Shown piece after piece: positions 1 through 12,000 of a stretch of DNA of 64,000 bases (its first letter is position 1; each line of letters starts with the position of its first letter). Source of the DNA: Phoronis australis (taxonomy: Eukaryota > Animalia > Phoronida). The notes beneath the pieces are model-generated. The model had not been told where the DNA came from. It saw only the letters and a list, made by a program, of their open reading frames with translations, and searched no databases. A program made the translations under genes and the position numbers. The stretch is from contig NMRA01000185.1 in NCBI GenBank assembly GCA_002633005.1, positions 465,921 through 529,920 on the forward strand. The letters are read 5' to 3'.

Positions 1-536
1 CCAGTCAAAAGTCTACATCCATGTCAACAACAAGCATTTGAACGCAACAGCTTTAACCTACCTCCCCAAAACAAACAGGTTTCGATTATTGTGATGCATT
101 GCCAATTCACTTACTGCTGGTTTCAAAGGAAAAACAACCAATAAAGCAACAAACCCAATTTTGTATTGCAATTGCTTGACAACTTTTGCTGAGCCTGTAA
201 AAACATTTTGTCAATGATCACACAGTCCTGGTAGACTGACAAAGTGAGCTTCGTAATTTGAAAATCCTTGAACTGACACGATGCCTAACCGGATAAACTC
301 AACTGCGCAAGTGCTTCAACTGATAATTTTCTCCTTGTCATCAGCTTTCTGGGTCACATGGGCACAAGATGATAGGCCAAAGCTGCCCTAACCTCCCATC
401 ATATTTTCCACAAAGCTCACCAAAAAAATTCACTGTAAAGTTCCAGGAATGCAGTGTGATTTTGCTAAATATCAAATATGTGATTTTGTTGAATATCTAA
501 TGTTTAAAACCATGCACCATCTTAACGTATTATTAA

Positions 537-803
537 AGGTGCACTCCACTGCAGTTTAGATATAAATGTTAAATTTTTAACTGAAGTGCTTCCGGGTTTA
601 AAACCAATACCATGCTCATGGTTTATTGCCTTTAAGCCACTGCTCTATTCCACATAATAGAACATTAGATCGGATTCTCTGAAAAACAGTCTTCTTGACA
701 ACGGCAGGAATTGTCAAAATCTAGTGATAAAGTACAAGGTGCCATGAAATGGGGCGAGTTCCATTTTCCATTTCTTAACCAACTAAACAGGACAACTGCA
801 GCC
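537..803. mobile_element. Possible decayed Kolobok-like non-autonomous element (TTAA-flanked)
   Basis: TTAA at 533-536 then AGGTGCACT; right end ACTGCAGCC then TTAA at 804-807 (reverse complement GGCTGCAGT, 6/9 match). TTAA TSD with purine-purine termini is the Kolobok pattern, but the TIR match is weak. Confidence 0.3.
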
Positions 804-1602
804 TTAAATTATACACAAGCGTAACTTCACGGTGATTCTTGTATACTAAACGATCCGCTCGCTCATCAACAGGTTCTAGCTCCTCATTAGGTTCTTATTC
901 AACAGTTGAATTTGCATCGTTATCAATCAAGCATTCTTTGCGATCACTGAAAGGGTCAAAATGCCTATTCCGGTGTCAACAGAACTTCTCTCTTTAAAAT
1001 AATGTGTGAATTCTCATACAATCCAGCATTTCAATTTGTCACAGATGGGCTTGAGAAGGCTATTCAGAGGCCATTTACCCTTGAACAAACTGAGGATGGG
1101 CAACTACTTTGGGTTTCCCCCGCAAAGCTTTTGATAACAATTCAAGTTAAAACAACTACCTCACACCTTAAATCACAGCCTCGCTCAGGATTCAGTTCAT
1201 TAAAACTAAATTAAACGATAAATATTGCAATATTACTCAAACGAAATTTCAATATAATTTGAGAGGTGTGGATGTGAGTTTGAGGTGAATATTTTATTAG
1301 AAACTCAGTCAGTTTTACAGCACCTTGCATAATTTTGTCAACATACAGGGATCTACTAGGTCCTTTTTGTGAGGAACAGAGCGGTTACCTCTTTAGTGAC
1401 CAGATAACAACAGTAAACACTGACTAAAATGACTCTCTGACACATCATGGGCTAAGACTGCTGATTTTTTTACTGTTGAGAATCCAATATTGAATTCCTT
1501 GTGAAAAAAAAAGGTTAGGTCACTTTTCACCTCAAGAAATACAAATTAGCCAAAATAGATCCATTAGGTTCCAGTCCTCTGGTAATCCAAGAGAGTGGAG
1601 CT

Positions 1603-2061
1603 CAGGGCTTGGAATGACCAATGACAAAAAACGCGGAAACTTTTACGGCCCAAATCATGCCCGATAACCAGTCTTGAAATGGTCAATGTTAACCTTTCCG
1701 CGACAAAAATCGGGAGGACTAAAAAAAAAAATAAATAAAAAAAAAACGTTACCACCATCAGTAGCATGCATCTGCGTCCTTTTCGCTCGCCCGTCCACTC
1801 CCAACCCACACAAATTTGGCTGCAGAGCGGTAGTATTTGTCGCCGCGCTTAACAATAACACCACACCCAGATGCCCCGGCATAGAGCAACTTCCGCTTTC
1901 CGAGGTGAACGTCGTCTGCAACGCCGCGGTAAGAAAGGAATTTGCCTCGGAAATTTCATATCAAATCCAATTTTTTTACGCGGAAATATTATAAAAAAAA
2001 AACGGAAAGCACATTTCAAAAAAGCGGAATTCCGCGTTTCCGCGGAAAATTCCAAGCCCTG
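1603..2061. mobile_element. hAT-type MITE, 459 bp
   Basis: Perfect 13-bp TIR CAGGGCTTGGAAT (1603-1615) / ATTCCAAGCCCTG (2049-2061). GGAGCT is duplicated directly on both flanks. CpG-rich interior with repeated CGCGGAA/TTCCGCG subterminal motifs. Confidence 0.8.
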
Positions 2062-3087
2062 GGAGCTCCACTTGGTTACAGTAACTTTTTGAATGGCGGT
2101 AGATAATAGTCCTGCGAATCGTTACGCCAGACACAAAAACAGCCGAAATGCTTTAACAATGGGCTAGATTGACTGATATTTGGTGATCCTCGGACTGCAA
2201 ACTGCTGACAGTTGGATTTCTTAACGTGATGAATGAGCACGTTGCCTTCTGTGACGTGGACAAAAAAAAGTGAACAATGTATAACCTCAGTCAACTTCAG
2301 TTATAAACAGGTGTTTGAACTTAAGATTTATAAATATCAGTCAAAATAACACACTTAAATGAGTTCGAGGCACAAGAAAACTTATCAAAGGCGTGGAGAG
2401 AGTGTATCGCATCCCCCAAATGCCGACTTAGTAGGGTGTAGGCAATATTCGTAGTGCAACTGAATGCAAGTTAAAACTTGGGCAGAGGGGAGGGAAGGGG
2501 GAAGTTTGCAGGCGAAAAGGTTTTTTCACACACTCCCAACAGGCCCCGAGCTACCCATACAATGTTTGCAGACATTTGGCTGACAGTGTTGCAGTTATCT
2601 CCCCTGTTATACCACCCAGTGTTGAGTTAACTTTTAACCAATCATGACACTGCTTCATGTCAAGCAGAAGTGAAGACACCACAGCAGTCTACCCCAGGGC
2701 AAGTTTAACTTATCTCAGATGCTGGCCACTAGATGTGCTTTCCATTACCTTAATTTGACTACCAAATTCTTCAGCCAAGCAAACCCACAGTTGTCTATTC
2801 GTAACTATGCAACTGAAGAGTCATCATGTACATGCATTTGAAAATTTCATGACAATTTTCCAATGAAATAGGTTGCAGTCACAGATGTTCTACAGGTTTG
2901 GTCCCATCAGATTTGTTAGCCCTTCAAGAGTGTAGTCAACTTTTTTAATGTTTATTACGAAAAAACAATGTACCATAATAAGAGTTAAGCCAAGAAAGAG
3001 CTACAGAAAGCATTGTATCTGGGAGATGGTTATTTATACACTGGTATGTTTCCTATAATTTTGACTTGCAGCTTCAGAGACAAAAAT

Positions 3088-3260
3088 TACCGTAAACGTC
3101 CGGGTTAACACCCTCAGCGGTTAAATTGGCAAACCCAAAAAATCGGGGGTGGGCAGACAAGGACACTTAAACGTGAAATTTCTAGAAATCCAGGGTGGGC
3201 GGTTAACTGAACATGGGCGCTTATCACGACAGACAACAGCCATGGGCGGTTAATCATACC
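3088..3260. mobile_element. Left-end fragment of a TA-CCGTA-type (Tc1/mariner/pogo-like) non-autonomous element
   Basis: TACCGTAAAC start followed by repeated GGGCGGTTAA/GGGTGGGC subterminal motifs. No matching right TIR found. Confidence 0.3.
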
Positions 3261-3682
3261 TCATGATCAGAGTACCACACAACACACGTACTCGGAACGC
3301 GTAGAACTTTTCAAAGAGCTTTATCGTCAAATCGCCAAATGTCGCTAAACGTGTCATAACAGCGGAAGAGAAATAATCTGTTGCCCACAGATTAATCAAT
3401 CACAATTAAATTTACAAAATTGGTGTGCCCTGTGATCCTATTAGAGCCGTAGTGTACAGACGACCAGTAACAATAACTTGGATTGCAACTATTCTCACAC
3501 GATGACACTTTCGGAAGTGCGCACGTGCGAGCTTCACGTGTTGCAGAGGTCACAGCAGACATCAAATTTATGGTGCTTAGCTATCAAGTTCTGAGTTATA
3601 AGACTAGTTTTAAAATTAATGATGAAATAAAGTTTGAAAAACAAATTCAGGTGTTTTTTGTGTTTGGGATGTTTATGTTGGA

Positions 3683-3709
3683 GATTAGATTAGATTAGAT
3701 TAGATTAGA
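3683..3709. repeat. (GATTA)n microsatellite
   Basis: About five tandem GATTA units read directly. Confidence 0.9.
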
Positions 3710-4192
3710 CTCCATGACTCATGTTCAACTTACGGTTCTACGGCTAGCTGTTTTATCTCGACAGCCCGGCGTTGCCCACTTCCAATTGCGTGAAACATGC
3801 CATGCAAAGAAGATGAGAATCGGGGTCTAAAGTGGACACGAGCCAGTCGTCAATCAAAAGTTACCGCAAAGGCATTATTCAAAAACAGGCATTTGCTTAA
3901 GATTTTATTTTAAAATTACTAACACTATGACTGATGAGTCCCACAATATGTCTCAGACTCGAATGGTAAGAATTTTGTTCAGGCTGAAACTGCCTAATGT
4001 AGAAACAAAAATATTCGGGAAGCTAAAAAGCTAGTTGGATACGATAATTCACAGTTACGCCTGTCGCAAGAAATCGTACTATGAAGAACCACCAGCGACT
4101 TTGGCGGAATCTGCTAACGCCAACTTGTCTGAGATGCAATAAGCGAAAAACAAAATTTGACTTGCAGTTTTTTATTTCTTCAAGATGATACA

Positions 4193-4349
4193 CAGTGGTG
4201 GATTTAGAGGGGGGCCAAGGGGCCATGGCCCCCCTAAAATTCTCCCAGATTCTGTTTGGCAGTATGGGGGTGCAAATGTCTGACGGACAAAATCCTGGCT
4301 AATACTCTGCCCTGGCCCCTCCTAACTCAAAATCCTGGATCCGCCCCTG
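4193..4349. mobile_element. CAG(T/G)GGCGGAT-family MITE (hAT-Tip100-like), 157 bp
   Basis: Left CAGTGGTGGATTTAG, right CTGGATCCGCCCCTG, inner GGGGCC/GGCCCC inverted motifs. Flanks ATACA/ACACA fit a 5-bp TSD with one mismatch. Confidence 0.75.
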
Positions 4350-5523
4350 ACACAAATATCCAGTAACATATTGCCAACCTTTGAATTCAGATATCGAGAG
4401 ACAGCAAATCAGCCAGCGAGGTACACTGTCTGTTCGGTCGCTACACATCCACGATAACCTGGCAATTACACTCATCAAAATAGGGAGAATTTGACATCTT
4501 TCTGTGAGTTATGTAAATTCTTCAAAACATGAGAGCTTCCTACCAAAAGCAAATTGGAAGGGTAGGCAAAAACACTGTCACATTTCTCAGACCCGATTTT
4601 TTTCGAATATATGTTTTATCTAGTGCACTGCAGATGAGAAACTCAGCGCGGCAGACCGTGTCGCTAAAAGCGGAGGCATTGAAGCCAGCGGGGTTCTTAA
4701 ACTTTGCGAACACGGGAAGAAAATAAAAAGACAAAACATTCAAGTATTATATTTTGAAGTAAATCCATGACCAGAGACAAGAATTCGTTACTTGTATTAT
4801 AATTCACATTGCCAAACCACCGGCTCAGAGGCCGTCGTTGCACTCTAGTTTTGATCATAAAACAACATTTGGTAAAATTTCCTGTTTCCAAGCAGTTTAC
4901 AAGACTTTGAAGTCATGGAAAATGAGAATTTTGCCAATTACTTGAGTGGGAAATAAGTGGAAGTTTACCGTAGTGCCATGGTTATTACTACTCAAAATTG
5001 ATACGACATTCTATTTCACATGCCTTTTAGGTTATTGAGCAATGAGAACGCCTACACACTACACCAAGTCAATATCTATGTTAAACATATCTTTTGGATT
5101 CTCAGACAGATAATCTCTCCATTAAACGGACACAGATGAATATAATAATTGACCGCAGGCCAACAATTCTCACGAGTCCAAGAAGCCTTCTGAGGTCGCG
5201 TGAATCGAAGGATAGTCGGTACTCACAAGACAAGAATTCCAGGAAACGAAAAGCAATTTACATTGATTTTGCATAAGGTTCAGGTCCAGCCGTGGCTAGT
5301 TAAGCAATCGCACTAATGTCTTAAGTGAATTTGCTTGTGAACTGTCTCGACATCTCCGCAGGGGTTCTATATTTAGAGCCCACACACCACAATAGTGGGA
5401 TCAATCAATCAATCGTGCGGGGGTTTCTTATCCAACCCAGTTCACACCAAAATGGCAATAACTTCTAGAACCAATGAAGATTATAACTGTAGCCCAGTTA
5501 TAATTCTCAGTGAGGGTGTCGAG

Positions 5524-5662
5524 ATTTTCTTCAACATTGCAGCTAAGTAACATGCGTTAGTTTGTGAACTGATTGTAACTGGTTAGTCACATTCTGGCTT
5601 AGGCTCGCTTGGGCATGGGGATAACAAACCCCAAATGTTAGCATAGGATTTTCCTCACGAAC
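5524..5662 (+). repeat. Dispersed repeat, copy A (copy B inverted at 30456-30597)
   Basis: GGTTAGTCAC...GGCTT..GCTCGCTT.GGCAT...AAACCCCAAATGTTAGC.TAGGATTT matches the reverse complement of 30456-30597. Confidence 0.75.
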
Positions 5663-7949
5663 TGATTTTTTCATTACACCAGCAAAGCTGTATTAAATCG
5701 TGGTAATGTGTTTGTTGCGTCACACACAAGTATTCTGTACTTGATTGATTTGGCTACGCCTACTATGTGTGCATGAGTTTCCACTACTTGGTTGAGCATT
5801 TCACCAATTCACATCCCTGAAAAACAATAAAAAATTAGCAAGTCAGTGCGTTGTCGGTGTAGACTGGGAGGGTCCATCCAGGCAACACCACAGCACTGTT
5901 GATGAACTGATGAAGGGAAGGCTGCAAAAATGACCGACAAGCGGCACAAAGAAAGAAGAAATGCAGCGTAACAGACAGAAGCAACAATGCAACCCGTGCA
6001 CATTTACCACACCCCAATGCATCGTTTCGAAGTAATAATGCATTGATTGGCACATCATGGCATTTCAAACCTTGCTTGCACTTGGTCAAGAGCCTCAGTG
6101 CAGCGTTTAAAGCCCAGACCCTGGATAAACTGATACAGGCAGGTACTTTTTACAATTCATGGAGCACAGGACTCAACAGTTAGTCGGACCAAACAGAACC
6201 AACTGTGCTTTTTGGTCCAATATTGTCATATTTAGAGACCTTGACGGTTTTCCACGATAATGAAAAACAGAAGGAATTCACACAATACGACATTTTACGG
6301 ATTTAAAGATTTTGAACTGAATTTCCATATATCAATAGCAAATGGGAATAATTCTAATATTCTTGGTTTTTAATGACCAGAAATTAGGAGTATGATCCAT
6401 CAAATTCTCATATTCAGGCCAAAAATCAATCAATAATCATTTTACAGTAGAAATATTCAATTAGTTATTCATTCTTTCTCAAGGGGGCTGCTCTTTCCAG
6501 TTCTGAGAAACAACAAACATGGTGTGCGACAAATTATTGGTAAAATGGCACTGTAATAGTTCAGTGCGGAAAGTAAGACAATTCCGTGATCATTTGCATG
6601 TTATTTATTACTCTGAAACACTAAAATGCAATTTAATAGCTAACAAAAGGGAACAAACAATAGAAATTAATCTTTGCTAAAACAAAACTTGTCTATTTTA
6701 GAAAACAGAAAACTAGGGTCTCTTGATATTACCTAAAGAGCACTCAAAGCCATTCCCCAAATGTTCACTAACTTGTGAACACACATCATGTCAATAGTCG
6801 AGACTGATAGTTTGCTTTTACACCAGAAACCGTTGTCACGGAATCAGTTGTCACGGTGCGACATGCTCCACTTTAGTAGCATTTACAGGACATTAGATCG
6901 CATATTGGATCAGCATGGAGCACTAACATGAATACCGTCTGCGCATGCTCCCATAAACAATATCGAACGTCTAAACCTCGTGAAATGCCAGCGAATGATA
7001 CGCCGAATATACGCTATTGCGCAAGCGCATTGAAAGATGATCCTTTTCCACTCTGCCCCAGTTGTGTTTAGACGTGTAGTTGAAACTGGAGCAACTGATC
7101 GTTGAGTTTAACACGCTCTACCTCTAACTCAAACCGGGACGCAGCAATGTCAACTTGCTCTGTGTCAGTCATGATTACAGACGACCTTGTAGCCAATCAG
7201 GTGTTCTGTTAGTAGCTCCATGACAACTGTCTATCAAGTAAATGCAACTATAGTCTAAAGGTACACATGTCATGTCCACTCATTTTGTGAGGAGTATTTC
7301 AGCATGAAAAAACCCACAATTGAACACCAATGCTCAGTATAATGCTGACTGTCTCATTTGAGTTTCTCAATTAATATGTCCCAGACCTTAATCAGGACAA
7401 ACAGAATACGGTATTAAAAAAATGATCTTGAATAAATTAGCAGCCGAGCAGTTGCTTTAGAAGTGATTTCGAGCATTTTAGGAAAAGAGCAAGTTAGTTA
7501 TTGAGTTAGCAAAAAATTGAGCAGTGAAGAAAGAGCACTGAACGGAGTTATTATGAAAAATGAAAGTGTGCATTTCCTTTCAAACGTATTGATCATCACT
7601 AAAAAAATTGAAAACGCATCATTTCATGCTAATTTACCAATAAGTGTCATTAATTTCACTTTGTCTGGCAGCCAGAAAGTGTTTTTGTGATTTTCTTCAG
7701 AAAATACCGTAGTAATAAATTTCATGAAATCTTCAAAATTTAATTATTTTCACTTGATCTGACATCCAGACAACGGATTCTTTTGTTTAGAAAATATGGT
7801 TATTTATTTAGGTTAAGAAGATGTAGTCAGGCCAGAGATTTTCCCACATCTGTGTCCAGGTGGTCACTGAAACTAGTGCAAGTTTCGCAAGTTTCGCAGA
7901 GTGCAACTTGTGGTTACTAAGGCAGATAAAGCCAAAAGTCAAGTCGTTA

Positions 7950-8105
7950 ACCATCAGTATAGGAACACATCTGCCAACTTTCATGGAGAACCTCCATGGA
8001 GTTTTGAAGATACAGCAGTGGACGCCGGACACCAGGACATAGATGACAACAATATGCGACGACATATGATCGCATGATAAGTTCTACCTATATTTACCTA
8101 TATGT
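7950..8105 (-). mobile_element. Fragment of a Helentron/DINE-1-like (pearl/CvA-type) interspersed element
   Basis: CCAACTTTCATG...GTTTTGAAGATA...GGACGCCGGACAC...TGATAAGTTC series resembles the reverse-oriented 5' end of such elements. Recognised by motif similarity only. Confidence 0.35.
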
Positions 8106-8106
8106 T

Positions 8107-8176
8107 ATGTGAAAGAGCGGAGAAACACTATGATAAAATGTTCATTTTATCATAGTGTTTCTCTGCTCTTTCACAT
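8107..8176. repeat. Near-perfect 70-nt inverted repeat (hairpin)
   Basis: 34-bp arms 8107-8140 and 8143-8176, 33/34 complementary, 2-nt TT spacer. Confidence 0.95.
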
Positions 8177-9048
8177 TCCAATTTGAGGAATTATAAAATA
8201 AATTGTGCTGAATGCTGGTAACTATCTTTCAAAAATATAAAGTCAAACTAATTTAAAACTTTTACTGAGAGTTCGTACTGTTTTTCACAAGATACTGAGG
8301 AGATAATTTGCATGGTATGATTATAGATGTTACAGCAGGTGAGAGACTGTGACAGGTACAAATCAATTACAGTGATCTACATGGATGAGGGTAACACACC
8401 ATCACCAGACAGCTGCATGACATGAGTGCATGACATGTCCCCTGATTACATAACTGGTGGAGGCAGCAGTTGGTATGGCAAGTCTGTTGGACACAGCAGA
8501 GGCTAAACATTTGGTGTGGCAGTAGGCCTCAGTTTTCATTGGAAACTTGAGCAAAACTAGAACAGAGCTGTAGACTGCAGAAACGTAAATAAACTTTGTA
8601 AATTGTAGTACTTATGTGAAAGAAAAGACCGTTTGTTGAAACAATGATAACACTGTAAATGTGCCCTCATACAAGGAGAGCCCTCACTTTTTAGAATTGA
8701 CCAGGTTTCATTTGAATTACATGAGCATATTATTGCGTAATTTTCAATCTAGTAATTTCGCAACATGGACTATTTTTGCTATTCTCAGTTGTACATGAAA
8801 TTGCAATAAATCTTGCTTACTGAAACTGACAATGTGTATGGTTAAGCGGTTGGGTTGAATGTTTACAAGGAATAAATTATCTAAATACTCACAAGGAGTG
8901 TTAGTTAAAGCACATTCCAATAGACAGCATTTAGTACTAAACACTGAAGCAAAAAGTCCAGATGACTGGAACAAGTCACTCAATAAGGTCAGGGATGATG
9001 TTACAGTCTAGTCTTTACATGAACTGTACTTTCAACCATTACATTTAC

Positions 9049-9097
9049 CTCTGTGTTCCATCAGTGTTCCCTTGAGACACGACTATGACGTCATTTC
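9049..9097 (-). CDS. Candidate 49-nt spliced exon of an unidentified minus-strand gene
   Basis: Minus strand reads TCTTTCTTTTGCAG|GAAATG...CACAGAG|GTAAAT: strong acceptor and plausible donor. Phase 1 is open (xNDVIVVSQGNTDGTQ). Alternatively a start exon (ATG GAA CAC AGA G). Protein not recognised. Confidence 0.5.
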
Positions 9098-12000
9098 CTG
9101 CAAAAGAAAGATGCTGTTTATGACAACCAATTAAGTAGACGCGTGATACTCAGGCCAAATCCCAATAGAAAATGACAATCCATACTATCAATTATACATA
9201 AGTGAATTTGAAAAACTTTTAATTCATGCAGGCAGTGACTTCTGAGCTCAGAATAGCAAAGTCCGTTTAGACTCGGGGCTCTACTTGCGAAAGGCAGTTT
9301 AAATCAAAAGTAAACTCATGTTCCGTCAAAGAAGCGAATTTTTGATATAGACCACCTACCATATAAAATTGGTCTCGACTAAATTGTTCATTAATCTGAT
9401 GAGAAGTGGTTTCTAGGTTTGCAAATAACTGTCAGTTGGTTATTCCTGAAGACGGTGCTCGGAGTATGAAATGACAGGCTGTGACAAGCCAACCTGTCAG
9501 TAGTAGTCTGGCCTCAGAAGCGATAGAGGCCAAAAAAGCATGGTTGATTCTGGTATGTATCTTGACATGCTTTGAGACCTGCGCTAACTAGCAAAAAGTA
9601 CTGCACGCCCGCATCAGTTTTAGTCAAGGGTTTGAAAAACTGCACAGAAACACGTTAGCAAGGGTTAAACAACATTTTGAAACATCATTTGCCAAGCATT
9701 GAGTAAAAGACAAATCCCACATGATTTTTGCTCATCTCAGGTAGTTTTTCTTTTTTAAAAAGGGTGAACAACAACCAATGACTCGGTTTAAAAAAGCACT
9801 GGAGTAGAACTGACTTTTTTGGCCTAACTACCTGTCAGTTCTTTCATAGATCTGAAATCACCTCAATTTTGACAAAGGGACAATTTGAGATCAATTTCAC
9901 AATCATGGTAAGTCGTATAAATCAACACTGATTACAACATCATGAGGGTAATATTTGTAAAATTTAAAGCAAATTGCTAGCTGATGGTGTTACTTGATAG
10001 ATCTTACCAAAGCATTTGTCTCTCTACACCCATATCAATAATTGACACACGCACATGAAATGAAACAAATAAGTCAAAAACTTAAACGCATGTACTAACA
10101 AAACAGCTGGTTCAAATTGCTAACTACAATTTTCACACATTTTCTGAAAGTGTTGCAAAAAAGTGCAATTTAAATCAACACGTTGCGCAAAAGCAATGTG
10201 ACCCCAAACAGAAATACTTGAGATCTGTAAAATACCTAGATCAAGGAAATTTGTTTTTTAATTCGTTGCACATACTAGCGCGATCTCTACCAGTTGTCAA
10301 CACAGCTCTAGGCAACCAGGGATAGAGTAGGCGGCCTTTCACTGATTTGAAACAAAAACACAACCTCTGACTATGGCTAATAACTTATTACAATACAATA
10401 GCCACAACTGGCGCTAGACAAATTCGTCAGGGATGCTTGATGGAGCAGCTATATGGGTGGCACTGTCAGAGAAAGGTTACTAATTCTAAAAACATGGCAA
10501 AAACGATGGACGAAAAATTACATTAGCAGAGCAAGGTATGTTCCCTGACCTTACAAAATAACAAATGGTGATGCTTTTAAGAGTTATTTTTGTAACTAAT
10601 GAGGTAATCTAACATTTAAATTGATATATTTGTAAATACACTCAAAAGCAAGCACTGGATTTTACACAGGTGCTAATCAAAAATATTTTTAAACATTCAT
10701 ATAACCTTACTAGATTTTTTTGCACAAAACCCCCATGAGTTGAACTCATAACACGGAAACTAGTAAGGTGCTCATCTTACCCACAAATTACATGCCTTTG
10801 ATGACAATTTAGGCTAACATGCAGCAACACAGTCACCAGGCATGTGGTGACACTGTCACAAGAGATGGCTTACTAACAACTGCCGTTGTGATGGAATTCT
10901 ATGGCATTTCGTTCTTTCGCTCAAAAGTAGTTTGGTAAAGGGACAGTTTACAAGAAAGGAAATCAGAAGTATTATCAAAAGCATAAATCCTTGCTTGGCA
11001 CTACTTCTGTGGGCTGATGGTACAAGTACCTAATATCATGCCCTACTGATGGCTTATGACGATGTGCAACAACCAACCACTCAATCAGTCACATCGTTTT
11101 TCAGGGAAATCCGCCTACACTTTTCAGGAAGAACAGAAGCCTGAGCCACAGCCATAGGTGAGCTGGTATCAGATTGCCCCAAGGCAGGTTTACCACACAA
11201 GGACTGTGCCTGGAATGGTGGGAAAAGCTTTCTGGGCAGACAAGGATGGGGTCAGCAGAGGTCAGACGGATCAGTCTCCTCTGTTTGGAGGGAAAATTGA
11301 GTAATGTCTGCTAATCAAACCAGACAGATTCCAGATGCAGCGGGCTGGGAAGTGCACCTGGACCCAAAGTCAATCACCTCACACATTAGGGTAATTGGCA
11401 GAACAGTGAAGCCAAGGGGACATAAACGTGTTACCCGAAATTGCATCAAAACACAAGAAGAAATAGGATGACACAGGCGACTGATCTCTGATGAAGATGT
11501 GCATGACTAATATTGCCTCATGTCTGTCCAGTTAATGGAATGTAGATGTTGATCATCTTCTAGAAAATTCCTCACAAAGAGCCTGCAACCTATATCAACG
11601 CAATGCATTTTTTTTGACTGAAAAAAAAATCCTTTGTTTAGATACATGAGCGGTAAGTAAGCGTGACCAGCATACTGATTTTGGCTCATCAGACTGACCA
11701 TTCCAGAGTAATGATCGTCAGTTACCGGGGTAACTCTCAAGTGATTGGTAGATTACCGAACAACTACGATATTACCATCCGCAAGGACACTTTTGCTACT
11801 TTAGAAGGCCAATTAAAAGATATTACCGAACAACCTTCTTAAATACCACATCCGATAGGTTATGACAGACAAAGAAAATTGTCATATCTCCAACACCCAC
11901 GCTGTAGATCCAGAATGATATGCGATGACATGCACTTGACTGCCAAATAGAACAAGATTGATTAACCAAGAAATTTAATTTATCATGAATACTATAAAGA

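Noticed and set aside
11128-11157. 30-nt + strand exon candidate (TTTTCAG|...|GTGAGC)
   Set aside because: Short pyrimidine tract, stops in two of three phases, and opposite to the inferred transcription direction.
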